A DNA stretch of 63,938 nt, the filler included, from Octopus bimaculoides (Eukaryota), in NCBI RefSeq assembly GCF_001194135.2. It is 6 parts of 5 records of this genome, joined end to end, with 100 filler letters (N's around TTAATTAATTAA, not from the genome) between each part and the next. Parts side by side here need not be neighbours in the genome. Positions count along the whole stretch, not along the records: positions 38,345 to 53,896 come from NC_068983.1; positions 53,997 to 62,727 come from NC_068981.1; positions 62,828 to 63,938 come from NC_069007.1; 3 more parts are not named here. The stretch is one strand, 5' to 3'. This document shows, piece by piece, positions 51,615 through 63,938 of the stretch. Numbering within the stretch: position 1 is the first letter of the stretch; the number at the start of each line of letters is the position of its first letter. The translations under genes were made by a program, and so were the position numbers. The notes beneath the pieces were generated by a model, which saw nothing but the letters and a program-made list of their open reading frames with translations, was not told the origin of the DNA and did not search any database.

Positions 51615-54055
51615 NNNNNNNNNNNNNNNNNNNNNNNNNNNNNNNNNNNNNNNNNNNNNNNNNNNNNNNNNNNNNNNNNNNNNNNNNNNNNNNNNNNNNN
51701 NNNNNNNNNNNNNNNNNNNNNNNNNNNNNNNNNNNNNNNNNNNNNNNNNNNNNNNNNNNNNNNNNNNNNNNNNNNNNNNNNNNNNNNNNNNNNNNNNNNN
51801 NNNNNNNNNNNNNNNNNNNNNNNNNNNNNNNNNNNNNNNNNNNNNNNNNNNNNNNNNNNNNNNNNNNNNNNNNNNNNNNNNNNNNNNNNNNNNNNNATAT
51901 ATATATATATATATATACACATATATATATATGAGCATGTTGAGTATTTATATGTGTTTTAACTTGTTCTTGTGATTGGTTGTGCACATGTATTCCGTAT
52001 GTGTATGTCTGTATATGTTATTCACCAAAGAAGCTGAACTCGAGATTCCGTATCCTGAAATAGTTTACGTCATGTCTGCATTGTTTTATGTTGATTGCAT
52101 GTGGAAATGGCGAATCGGCAGATTTTGGTCTCTTTTCAAACACAATCTCATTTCAACATTTGAAAGCAAATCTATTAAGACGTATCCTAGAGCACATATG
52201 ATTACTGGAACAAATCTAAATTCATGGGATAGTTAAAAGAACTCTATGCTTCTAATCATTTCACCATAAATGTTATTTTTCGTAATTTTTGTAGAGACAT
52301 TCAAAGTTGCTGTGCAACTGATATCTCCAAGAAGATTTTCTTCCTTTTCTGTACTGTATAACAATATTTCGCCTGCAATGCTTAAACCGGGTTACTGCTT
52401 TTATTATTACGCCCCATAAATATTTTTCTCAGTCGTGGTTATTCTGGCTCTGGTATGCCTGTAGCAAGGCCGTTCGTCCAATCTTTATTGCATATGGCAT
52501 TAAAATCGCCATAGTCACAATGTCGTATCTCATAGGAAGGCAGTGACTTGCAGAAAGTTTTGACACTTACTGATGAAGGGAACACTCCCTTCCTCACTGG
52601 TATAGTAAAGTGGGCAGTGTGCCTCATTAGGTTTTAGGGGATTCCTTAACTACTTTAAGCATTTCTGTGGCATGTGTTGGCATAATTTGTATTTCTTTTC
52701 TAATTCTCTGTTTAAGTAGATCACTTCATCCAATATTTCTTCAATTAGAACAGCTATAAAGCTGTAGTACTTGTTCAAGCGTTCTTCGTCTATTTTCAGG
52801 ATGATGCTACCAACAGTGTTGATTATTCATTTGCATTAGTTTCATTCTTTTCTTCTTAGGACGTGCTTTTAAAGTGATTACATGGGACATTCAATGACTT
52901 TAGGGACAGATTTTATGACTCCTCATTCAACACTTACTTTCATTGTCATAGTTGGTGTGAAATATAAGTCATTGTTTATAACGTACTAGTCCTGAAGTCT
53001 AAGCTACACATATTTTCAGCTGATCAGTTGAGTATCCAAAAAGTCGTCTGGTACTGGCACTGAAAAGACGTTTAGGATATCGTTTTATTGGATGAAAACA
53101 AATATTAAAACATTCATTCTAAAGTTTGCTAAAGTATTTTTTATCACTCTTAATCATGCAACATCCTCTTCGTTTCGAATTATTCACAATAATCGTCGTA
53201 CTTCGTAGAGAAGCAAGCGGAACATTGATAAACAGTATTCTTACCTCGTCGACTTTCTTCATTCGTTTTACTATAAAATATGAACTTGTTACCAAAATCA
53301 AATCCTGTTTCCCGTGAAAATATTGTGACCAGTTCTGTTTTCTTGGTAAAATGACTGTTATGCAAGTACAAATTAAATCACCTGGAAATAAGGTGTGGAT
53401 GTAAATCATCTTTATTTCATCATCAGCACCTAGCGTTTGAATTTCCTTGAAATGGATGACTAGCAGTAAGCAGTTGAGTTTCCTTTACATTTGACTTAAC
53501 CTTCCGTGAACGACTGAAAGTTATAGAGAGAACAAAAAGCAATACACATGAGCTGTTACCGTATGATAATCCTGTTCGCAGATCAAATCAGTTAATGGTG
53601 ATCTTCCGTTCTTCTCTCAATGGACCATGCTGTTGTCAGCTTTATAATGGCTGATAGCAGGCGGAACTTTGTAAGACTTGTTGACTCAAATATTCATGAG
53701 TGGTGAACAATGTCAAGTGACTACTTTGAAAATATACTCAGCAAGTTTCGACTGCAGTGTTTCGTTTCATTCAAGAGAGCATGAAATGTAGTTGATCAGC
53801 ATAGTCAAAGTTATCTTCTTTCGTCTTGTCCTTCAGTTATAATACTGTATGCTTAACATAGAGGAAAGTTTTCAGGAAAATATATCTGTGTACACANNNN
53901 NNNNNNNNNNNNNNNNNNNNNNNNNNNNNNNNNNNNNNNNTTAATTAATTAANNNNNNNNNNNNNNNNNNNNNNNNNNNNNNNNNNNNNNNNNNNNCTCT
54001 ACATTGTAATTTGTCCATTTTCTGTATTTAGCCCTGTGTGGCTATAATAAAAAGA

Positions 54056-54122
<67 letters not shown>

Positions 54123-54359
54123 TCTATTTATAGACGGCCATGGCACGCGTCTAATTGAAGATTCGCGAAACTTCAATGTGTGCGTGTGCGCGTGTTCGTA
54201 AAATTATTCCTCCCTGCTTGTGAAAGGAAAAATTATTCCTCCCTGCTCGTGAAATTGCCGAGAATCAAATTAATATTAAAAATGTCATGCATAGATCTTT
54301 GAATGGATCTGATGCAATTCTGTGGGAAAAGTCTAACGTAACGTCCACATTTATCCCAT

Positions 54360-54416
<57 letters not shown>

Positions 54417-54609
54417 CAAGCCAGTCATTATTTCAGTAATGCTGTTTTCAAAGTTGTCATTATTATCTTTCATAGGAATCGGTGAAGACTTCATCCATTA
54501 GAAATTGAATGCCTTATTTTTCTTTGAGAGCTCTATTTCTAAGTTGAAGTAATAGAGATCTAAGAACGAATCAGTTAGGTAGAGAATTAATCAGGCATGG
54601 TATACTTAC

Positions 54610-54776
54610 AAGTTCCGTGCACTCTGAAATACAGTCTCCCGCTAGAATGAAGCTGTTTTGATGTGGAGGGATCGCCATCTTGTTTGTATATTCCAATCCA
54701 ATTTCCATGACTCCAGAATCGTACTTCCTTCGTGTTGGAGTAACATAGAACCTTATTCCTGAAGTGTCTTTAACTC
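54610..54776 (-). CDS. DBH: DBH/TBH exon (G)VKDTSGIRFYVTPTRRKYDSGVMEIGLEYTNKMAIPPHQNSFILAGDCISECTEL
   Basis: ttacAG / GTaagt; 167 bp, phase 1-0. D.SGIR, G.ME.GLEY..KMAIPP and C...C motifs; length equals the equivalent human DBH exon as I recall it. Confidence 0.95.
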
Positions 54777-54818
54777 CTGTAATTAACGACATTAATATAA
54801 TGATAATTAAATACGAGA

Positions 54819-54896
54819 CAATTTCCATGGCTCCTAAATCATACTTTCTTAGTGTTTGGGTTACACAGAACCATATTCTTTAGATGTCTTTAGTAC
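54819..54896 (-). pseudogene. Decayed partial duplicate of the 5' 78 bp of the DBH 54776 exon (GTKDI*RIWFCVTQTLRKYDLGAMEI)
   Basis: Hand alignment gives 60/78 identical bases to 54776-54699 at an offset of 120 bp. It has its own AAG acceptor and an in-frame TAA. Confidence 0.85.
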
Positions 54897-55059
54897 CTTT
54901 GAATAGGAACAATAATTTAATCCTATGTGTATTACGTAATAACGCCTAGGAGAAAGGGAATGTAGCAAAAGAAATATCTTAGTTGCTAGTAATCCTTTAT
55001 TAGGGTAACAAACGCTGCAGAAAAGCTGAAATTCCAGGCACCTATTGCCGAGAATCAAT

Positions 55060-55312
55060 CCACAAAGCTCATATTTTGGACATATAATGCGTCATGAGTC
55101 ATTGCCCAAAATCATCCTGACACGAAGTTTGATGAAGAGAGCAAGAGGCCATCAAATACACTTGTAGACTGACGACATTAAAGAATAGACTGGAATCAAG
55201 AGCCTGGTTGATTTAATGCATACTGCACAACATCACAAATGGAACGGGAGAGTCTTGGCAAACCGACTCGCGGACACAAGCAGGACACTTAGCTGATGAT
55301 GGCTGATGATTT
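55060..55312 (+). mobile_element. RTE-clade LINE, 3' relic
   Basis: SYFGHIMRHESLPKII...KRARGHQ..*TDDIKE*TG, followed by a GAT-rich tail; typical of the RTE RT C-terminus. Confidence 0.75.
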
Positions 55313-56477
55313 ACCGAGAAAATGAAATGACTATCCAGCCTGGTAGACTTGAAAATAAAAACAACACAATGACAAATCTGTGTTATCAACACGCTTGTCT
55401 TACAATAATATCTAGAAAGCAAGCACAAACCAAGAAAGATTTCATGGAAACAGATTTGTGATGGCTCATTCATTTTACGATAACTTGCATACTTATTCTT
55501 ATTTCGTACCACCAGATTCGAAAGAGAATATGTTAATCGTTGTTGTGTTTGTCACAGGAGAACAACTTATTTACGACGTACATCTTCACAAGATACTCAA
55601 TTCACTAGTACAAGGTATTCTGGAACAATATGACGAAATACCGGAGTTCTAGAATCCGTTATGCTGAAGAATCGAGTATGTTATGAATATATGTTCATCA
55701 TAAAGGAAATGGTGATGTCCTGCCCTGTGGCGAACACCTATTAGCATATACACGTTGGAATCTGCTGAGAAACAGCTATCAGCATATACACGTTTGAATC
55801 TGTTGGAACATATTAAGAATAAATATGCAGGTCATCGATCGTTTTGAATCTTATAGTTCATATTTCTGTGCAAGACATCATGAATGTGATTAGCAGGTGC
55901 CCCAAAATGTCATCCATGAATTACTTCACTATGCGATACGATGTTTTCGCTAATACAATATATAGAATGAGCAACCTAGCTCGTTAAGAAAATCTCTGTT
56001 AAAGACGAAAGCAGTATTTATACTGAAAAGTAATGTTTATCGCCATCTAAACGTGGGCGTTCTATAAGAACAGACACTACTGCTATTTTAACTTCAGGAG
56101 AACAGCTCCTTCAGGTGGTTATTCAGCGCACTTCGCACTCGATATATATTGCAAACTGGAAGAGAAGTCCCTACTATTCTAGCTAGGAGACCACCAGATC
56201 ACGTGATTTCGACGTCATTTTGGTCATCGTCAGTGATGGATACTCGTCAGCTAGACATAGCGGTAGTTCACCCCAGCTTTCAATATAGAGAAAAACATAA
56301 CACACATATTTGAAAAAGTTTGTAGTGGGATACATATAAAAAAGTATGACGAGACCAGACTTGGAAATCGGTAGAATTTAGAGACGTTACCGAAACAAAC
56401 AACAAAAAGATCATCTTGAGGAACCAAGTAAATGTGTCTGTGTGTATTTGTGTGTGCACTGATTTGTAGAAACGTAC

Positions 56478-56577
56478 CGTGTTTTATTTCTGGATTATTA
56501 TAATGGACTTCCAGTAATATGTTGCGGGAGATGTTGCCTCCAATTGCACAGCCTGCCTCTGCTGGTAAATGTAAGGC
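56478..56577 (-). CDS. DBH: DBH/TBH exon ALHLPAEAGCAIGGNISRNILLEVHYNNPEIKH(G) (third CuH His)
   Basis: ttgcAG / GTacgt; 100 bp, phase 0-1. P.EAG..GG and LEVHY.NP motifs. Confidence 0.93.
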
Positions 56578-57027
56578 CTGCAATTTTAAATGAAAACGGT
56601 TTATATGAAAATTATAGAGGTAGGATTAGTAGTATTTCAGAGCAAAGGTATGTAAGAATACGTCAGTTGTTTTCAACCACATGGAGACATACATATACAT
56701 CTACACATATATTTTAGAGAATTTGCGTAGATTCACAAAATATGCTATATATATATATTCAAAAGAACACATACGCTCGGATATTTGTACAGAATCTATA
56801 CACATACAACTACACAAAATCACTACCAACGCACATACACATAGCAACATACATATGCATGCACGCATACACCCTACATATAGAACATACGTGCATTTGG
56901 ACACATACCCACAAATATACTCACACTCATGAAGCAGTTATTATAAAAGAATGTCTGGGGAAAACAGCCAAGGACTCCTGTTGCATGAAAACTTATGAGT
57001 GAATTAGCTGCCGGCATAATTGATGTA

Positions 57028-57502
57028 GTGGAGGCGCAATAGCCCAGTAGTTAGGACAGCGGATTCGCGGTCATAGGATCTCAGCTTCGATTCCCAGACC
57101 AGGCGTTGTGAGTGTTTATTGAGCGAAGACACCTAAAAAAGCTTCATGAGGCTCCGGCAGGGGATGGTGGTGAACCCTGCTGTACTCTTCCACCACAACT
57201 TTCTCTCACTTTTTCTTCCTATTTCTGTTGTGCCTGTAGTTCAAAGGGTCAGCCTTGTCACACTGTGTCATGCTGAATATCCCCGAGAACTACGTTAAGG
57301 GTACACGTGTCTGTGGNNNNNNNNNNGTAGTTCAAAGGGTCAGCCTTGTCACACTGTGTCATGCTGAATATCCCCGAGAACTACGTTAAGGGTACACGTG
57401 TCTGTGGAGTGCTCAGCCACTTGCACGTTAATTTCACGAGCAGGCTGTTCCGTTGATCGGATTAACTGGAACCCTCGTCGTCGTAAGCGACAGAGTGCCA
57501 AC
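57028..57502 (+). mobile_element. tRNA-like SINE family C with a 10-bp TSD
   Basis: Head GGAGGCGCAATAGCCCAGTAGTTAGG...TTCGATTCCC; TSD AATTGATGTA at 57018-57027 and 57503-57512. An internal segment is duplicated across the 10-N gap (assembly artefact). Confidence 0.88.
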
Positions 57503-59604
57503 AATTGATGTAACAAGACAAGAACTCTTACTCAAATATAATTACATTTTCAGAATTGAGAACGATTATTGATGGAAATATGTCCGGATTAGATCAAACT
57601 GTCAAAGATCAGACTCTCTCATCATTATTGTATATAGTAGTTGGTTTTGATAAGTTAAATTTTCAAAGTTGTCTTTCCCTGCCGTTTCTGATCAGACGTA
57701 GTCCTTAGATAATGATTGTTCTCTTATAGCTTTACCTTTTACATTTTTCATTTGTTCCTGTCATTGGTCTGCAGGCATGCTGGGATATCTCATTAAAGGA
57801 CATAGTGGAACAAATCGACAGCTAAGTTAAGAAGCCAAGAACAGCTAAATACCGGGGCCAAGAACAGCTAAATTACGGGGCCGTAAATAAACCATCACTG
57901 GTTTTCTAGCGAATGTTGGGAGTACAAGCATAATACAAACGCAAAGACACAAAGACATGGATATATACATATCTATGTTTCCGTCTACAAAATCTACTCA
58001 CAAGGCTTTGGGCGGTCAGGGCTAAAGTAGAAGATACTTGCTCAAGGTACCAGCATCTACACAACCGGGCCTGCACCTCTCAGAACAAGTAAAGTTTCTG
58101 TTAATTAAAATATCTTGATGTACTATATCGAGCTTGCTAGCTTGAACTTTGTAACGCATATAACCTGGTTACATTAAGAAGCCTCTTCACATTAACTGGA
58201 CATGTTGAAAATAGCAGTCAAATATCTTACAGAGTTCACCCTACGTCTTAAAAGTAAAAGCATCTATGAATATAATGACCATATTATTTCTGAATATATA
58301 TGTCGGAAAAAAATGGTCGCAGATTGAAGCCAGTTGAACGATGAAAGTTTGGTACACAGCAAGGATCAAAGAGTGACGCGTTACAGCACTCTACGAAACA
58401 GAAATCTGAAAATAAAAAATCTGTACGAAACAAACTCAGGAACATCTGAAGAAGTATTTTCTAAAATACTCACAGAGACACAGTCAAGCAACTACAACTT
58501 CTTATAAGGCATGCTATTTCACAAACTATAATAGCAACATCGACAACAATGTTGTTGCTATTTTAGTTTGCAAATCAGATATACTGCTATAACCTCCATT
58601 ATCAATTCCGTAGATTCGCACAAAATACTGAAAAGATATTGACCTTTCATACGAATATAGTTATACAAAAATGTCAGGTACATCTAGAACATTTTTTATG
58701 ATTGGTTCATTTGATCAGAGAAAGAAAGGACTAAACAACAACAATGACAACAACGACGACGATGACAGCAACGACAAAAACAACAACAATGACGACGATG
58801 ATTACAACAGCAACAATAACAAAATCAACAGCAATAGCAGTGACAGAATGAACACATATAGATCCAAATATATAGATTTACATTCTAACTACCACGTATC
58901 ATATTATGCGTAAATCGTGCACTGAAACTGGTTGAATTACTTCATTGAGACCCAAAGTACCAGTTACACACTAGGATCGATGTAATCGACTTAATCCCTT
59001 TTTCTGTCCTTGTTTGTCCCCTCTATGTTTAGCCCTCTGTGGGCAATAAAGAAATAAATATTATCAGGCGATGTAGGCGGCGAGCTGGCAGAATCGTTAG
59101 CACATCGGACAAAATGCTTAACGGTATTTCGCCCGTCGCTACGTTCTGAGTTCAAATTCCGCCGAGGTCGACTTGGTCTTTCATCTGTTCGGGGTCGGTA
59201 AATTAAGTACCAGTTGAACACTGGGGGTGACTTACCTATTCCCCGAAATTGCTGGCCTTGTGCCAAAATTTGAAACCAATATTATCACGCGAAGGTACAT
59301 GACTAGGGTGAGACACTTATTATCGTATGATTGTGGTTTTCATTCTGGAACCAAGTGGTACAGTGTGTTCATTTCACGTTACTCCAGGCCATTCAGCTGT
59401 TAAAGAGCAACCCCGAAACAGTCCTAGGTGAATGGTCTGATTTTAGTCATATACACCATGAAAACCGAATAAGCGATCTGATTAGTCTTAGGGCTCAAAA
59501 CAAAACATACCAAATATTTTATTACTATTTATTAATTTCTCAGGTCTGCTTGTGCCTGTAAATAAAAGGAAACTGAGCTGCAATAGATATGAAAAGCTAC
59601 TTAC

Positions 59605-59784
59605 AGAGGCACCCATAGCCCATGCTCCTATGACATGTCGACAAACACTAAGTTCCTTAGGTTTCTCCCCTACCAAACTTGGTCCGTTAAAGTAGGGTAT
59701 TTTCATTCCGTGTTTCCACTCACAGAGGAACACTTCGATGTGATGAACGAAATTCTCATTACCTTTTGTTATGGCGCTTTCAAA
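59605..59784 (-). CDS. DBH: DBH/TBH exon FESAITKGNENFVHHIEVFLC...CRHVIGAWAMGAS (CuH His-His)
   Basis: tttcAG / GTaagt; 180 bp, phase 0-0. VHHIEVF and CRHVIGAWAMGA match DBH VHHMEVF / CRHVLAAWALGA rather than MOXD1 HHILLY. Confidence 0.95.
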
Positions 59785-60240
59785 CTGAAAATATATAAAA
59801 GAGTCGCATCTATAGGTTTGAACACTCATATATATGTTGTATATATGTAAAATATATAATATTTATACTATGAGAATATATAATATAACATAATATAATG
59901 TGTATATGTTTACATATATTATTTATAATGCAATATAGTATAATATAATATAAGACAATATATATNNNNNNNNNNNNNNNNNNNNNNNNNNNNNNNNNNN
60001 NNNNNNNNNNNNNNNNNNNNNNNNNNNNNNNNNNNNNNNNNNNNNNNNNNNNNNNNNNNNNNNNNNNNNNNNNNNNNNNNNNNNNNNNNNNNNNNNNNNN
60101 NNNNNNNNNNNNNNNNNNNNNNNNNNNNNNNNNNNNNNNNNNNNNNNNNNNNNNNNNNNNNNNNNNNNNNNNNCTTGTTTGTCCCCTCTCTGTTTAGCTC
60201 CTTGTGGGCAATAAAGAAATAAATAAGAAATATATATGTA

Positions 60241-60493
60241 TGGCGGCGAGCTGGCAGAAACGTTAGCACGCTGGGCGAAAAGCTTAGCTGTATTTCGTCT
60301 GCCGTTACGTTCTGAGTTCAAATTCCGCCGTGGTCGACTTTTCCTTTCATCCTTTCGGGGTCGATAAATTAAGTACCAGTTACGCACTGGGGTCGATGTA
60401 ATCGACTTAATCCGTTTGTTTGTCCTTGTTTGTCCCCTCTCTGTTTAGCTCCTTGTGGGCAATAAAGAAATAAATAAGAAATATATATGTATG
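60241..60493 (+). mobile_element. tRNA-like SINE family B (GGCGGCGAGCTGGCAGAA head)
   Basis: B-box-like GAGTTCAAATTCC; body GGGGTCGATAAATTAAGTACCAG. Other copies at about 13300-13500, 15500-15820, 31235-31440(-), 33575-33780(-), 34465-34680, 37814-37980, 39410-39612(-) and 59078-59280. Confidence 0.85.
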
Positions 60494-61630
60494 GTTACAT
60501 ACGTGCGTGTATATTTATGCGTGTGTGTGTGTGTGTGTGTGTGTGCGTGTATAAAATGATCATATGAAAGCACCATAGATCAGTAGATAACTAGTACAAC
60601 GTAAGTTTGGTTAAAGACTAGGTCTCTATTATCGTTTGGAAAACTTTTCATTTCCCTTGTGTTGCTAATAAATTCTCTTTAAAAAATCTTTAGTGCTGTA
60701 ACGTTTACTTTACTCACCAATAAATGCTAGCAGCTGTTTTAAACATTCCTATGAAGTTAGAGAGAAATCATGTTAATGTTTCCTCCTGGGAAATATACTA
60801 TCTGTCAAAAATATAAGCTATATCAATGTGTTGAGCTTTATAGACCTATGAACCATGACAGAATCAGAGAAAAGTAATATGGATAAATTAAGGTCGTTTG
60901 AAGCTCAGAGAGAAAGAGAAAGAAAGAAACATAGAGAAGGAGAGGGAGAGAGAGAGAGAGAGCAATTGATGACAGGTGTCAATACAGTTCACTCTTAAAA
61001 CTTTTTGACAATGGAAAGTGAAATGGAACACTATCATGTTATTGAGAATGAAAAAATCTTTTGAAAGCGGTTGATTTTGAAGATATGAAAATATTATCAT
61101 ATCGTATCATAAATTTCTGAGTAGAATTATATCATTTATTCTCAAGGAACCATTGTTTCATTCAAATATGCTCCCCAAATTCCAATTAATCTAACACCTG
61201 AGTTGCTCTAACTTAGCCTTATGCGAAGTTATTTTCTGTAACTACAAGAAACTTTATTTGCCATATTTCTTCAAATATCTGTAAAAAATAGGTTTAATTT
61301 CAATCACCTGGGAAAAGGAATTTATAAGATCAAAACTAGGCGCACAATTTTACGAAGTCTCTAACTTATGGAAAAGAACTAAAGGCGACATTTGACGCTT
61401 GCACACATTTCAGTGACATAAGAAATTCTTGTTAAGCTGGCCTACAAGGGAAAAGAAACTATCAAACGATGTTTGTCGTACACTGTGCAATAATCACTTA
61501 ATACGCCAGAATCAATAAATTATTTCATAGGCACTTTTATATATGAATTAGAAATATTTTATGGAATGCTGATCAGAAGTTTAAGAAGGTGGCATTTAAA
61601 GAGAAAGCAACTTTAAAGAGAAAGCAATAC

Positions 61631-61714
61631 CTGAATTATATGCTGTCGCTCGGGAAGAGCTGGAAGTTTTGTTGTGTACCACCAGTATGTCGTTTCTTTT
61701 GCTGGTATTGTAAC
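61631..61714 (-). CDS. DBH: Dopamine/tyramine beta-hydroxylase (copper type II monooxygenase), internal exon VTIPAKETTYWWYTTKLPALPERQHIIQ
   Basis: Acceptor tttgccAG and donor GTattg; 84 bp, phase 0-0. Matches the DBH motif ETTYWC...HHII and splices in frame to the 59784 exon. Confidence 0.85.
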
Positions 61715-61939
61715 CTGGCAAATAAAAAAAAAATCGACCTATCAAAGATTGCCGTTGAAATATACACTTAATTTAAAACATTATAGAGGTATATAAATAC
61801 AAAGTGCTTTCCAGAGGTTTTGAGAATTTTCAGGAGATACATTTATTAAATTTAAAGAGGTAAAAATCTCTAAACACTTTCAAAGTAGGATCCTCTGACT
61901 TCAACTCACTTCTAGCGCTGCAGCCACTTATGAAAGCCT

Positions 61940-62095
61940 TCTGTGAGTGGAACAGTAAAAATATGCAGGACTTTTCTCAAGTTCCAAATGTGAATTTGTC
62001 TATGTTAACTACATCCCAAAGATGGAACCTTGTATCTTTGTTGGAAACCGGCTCCCTCAGTGGAAGATTTATAATAATTAAAAAATAGAAGACAT
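61940..62095 (+). mobile_element. Short 5'-truncated second copy of the same R4-like element
   Basis: SVSGTVKICRTFLKFQM* plus a 3'UTR that aligns by eye with about 19855-20015. Confidence 0.8.
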
Positions 62096-62827
62096 ACATG
62101 CATATATAGTGTAATGTCCTAAGTGAGATTTTAAGCTGCATCTCTTAATGGGGTCCTGGTTCGGAAGAGACAGGTTTTTGAGGAATGTAGAACAACAATC
62201 TGCCCAGGAATAGTAGCAACTTTTGGCATACCAATTAGGGGTTGATTGGTATGTCCCGGAATTGCTTCTGGAAGAAGGTTACTCGTTGACACTCAACGGG
62301 CTCGGGAGTGTTAAAGCCCTTCAGCTTGTGAAAGGGAAGATATGTCGGAAACTAAGGGCTCATGGCACATGTTGCAGTAGACGAAAGCAAGTTTGAAGAA
62401 CGAGAAAGTGGGACTGGGTCTGCATAAACCTTGTCCGCTGTAGTATTAATCCTGCAAGTTTTACAACAAACTGGAACATCAGCGCCAATACCAACACTGT
62501 CAAATTTTCTTCATAAGTTAGTAGTGATAGGTAAAGAGGTACGGAACAGGTAGAGAACGCTACTGGACGTCTTCAGTTTTGATCCTACATACGAGCTGTC
62601 TTATGTTGACGACTATGTCTAGTTGTGTCTTGATGAACAAACATTTACTGAAGCAACAAGGGTGTCCACCACCTGCAAGTTCTTCTTTTGTTCTTTTACT
62701 TGTTTATTCGTTTATTTGTTATATATANNNNNNNNNNNNNNNNNNNNNNNNNNNNNNNNNNNNNNNNNNNNTTAATTAATTAANNNNNNNNNNNNNNNNN
62801 NNNNNNNNNNNNNNNNNNNNNNNNNNN

Positions 62828-62876
<49 letters not shown>

Positions 62877-63039
62877 TATATACATATAGATACACAAACA
62901 TATATATAGATATATACAAACATATACACATACATATATATCTATATATACATACACACATATATATATATACATATAATAATGTATATATGTATATACA
63001 TATATACACACACATTTATATAAATATATATATTTTTTT

Positions 63040-63291
63040 TATATCTAGTTTCAGCTCACGAGTTGTGGCCATGCTGGGGCACCGCCATTTGGTGCATGAG
63101 GGAGTTTGATGCAGCTGCTCTCATCTGCACCTCCTGCCGCGAAGTTGGTTCATCTGGGACACTTAACAGTAAGAGGTCTAGCTTTATTTTGAAGACACCT
63201 ACATCCACCGCATGCAGGTCTCTCAGGTCCTTCTGGAGGATATTGAAGAGCTGTGGACCTTTGAAGCCCAGACTATTGCAGTATCTTGTCC
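63040..63291 (-). mobile_element. CR1-group LINE ORF2 C-terminus and 3' end
   Basis: NSLGFKGPQLFNIL.KDLR...FKIKLD.LL..VPDEP...[11 protein letters not shown], then a stop and an A-rich tail. Confidence 0.7.
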
Positions 63292-63938
63292 NNNNNNNNN
63301 NGACACAAGACGGAATAAAAGACAAGAAAATGAGAAAGTAAAAGAAAATATTCAGCAAAAAAGACAAGAGTAAATACAACTGAAAAAGTTGGGGGTGTAC
63401 AAAATAACACAAGACTGCGGTAAAAAGTGGAGAAATGAAAATTTCAGGAATTTACAATATAGATTCTACACTAACATACGGAAAGGTAAAACAAGGAATG
63501 GACAGCCATGATTCATGAGCTTTGGACAAAAAACAACCAATGACAAAAGAAAAGGAGACAAGAATTACACCGAATGAAAAAATCATCATTGGAAAGGAAT
63601 GAGTGGTACAAAAATGCTACATATGAAAATAAAATGTGCTACTACTGTTCACAACTAAGTGGGATCTTTTTTTTTTTTTTTTGTAGAAATGAAAATAGGA
63701 AAGAACAAAATAAGGAGGGAGAAAAAAAATGCAAAAATATGTACATATGTCTGGATTTGTTTATAGTTTTTCAGTTGAAATTTACTTACATTTAATGTTT
63801 TTGGATTTGTGTGTGTGTATATGTCTGTTTTGTAAGAAAATTTCATTTTTCAATTATTTTGTACAGAACAGAGCAACAAACCTTTTGACATAGATGCCTA
63901 TATCTACTGAATTATTTGTTACCTAACAGGTGGTGCTA

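Noticed and set aside
57237-57407. Exact duplication of about 80 bp across a 10-N gap
   Set aside because: Unmerged contig overlap inside SINE C.
63928-63938. Possible end of the preceding DBH exon (..APP|GTTAGG) at the window edge
   Set aside because: Only 11 bp are visible, the donor is weak, and the stronger neighbouring donor has the wrong phase.

Overview
AT-rich, gap-ridden animal DNA, dense in microsatellites, tRNA-like SINEs and LINE relics. The repeat families suggest an octopus genome (inference). Most entries in the ORF track are microsatellite or N-gap artefacts. Two convergent spliced genes can be supported. On the minus strand, four exons (61714-61631, 59784-59605, 56577-56478, 54776-54610) encode the central copper-monooxygenase region of a dopamine/tyramine beta-hydroxylase. 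Both cysteines of one conserved disulfide are replaced, a decayed in-frame partial copy of one exon sits 120 bp upstream of it, and I could not find the 3' (CuM) exons. On the plus strand, two in-phase exons (12881-13227, 20121-20365) encode a CABIT-domain (GAREM/Themis/Serrano-like) protein, with two possible upstream micro-exons. The most unusual non-genic structure is a 585-bp triple-nested fold-back element (14624-15208). It has an 8-bp target-site duplication, perfect 37-bp and 72-bp inverted repeats, and a mirrored telomere-repeat core. Also present: hammerhead-ribozyme-like repeats, a DD36E Tc1 relic, HERO, R4-like, RTE and CR1 LINE fragments, several MITEs and three SINE families. All family assignments come from motif recall, not database searches.
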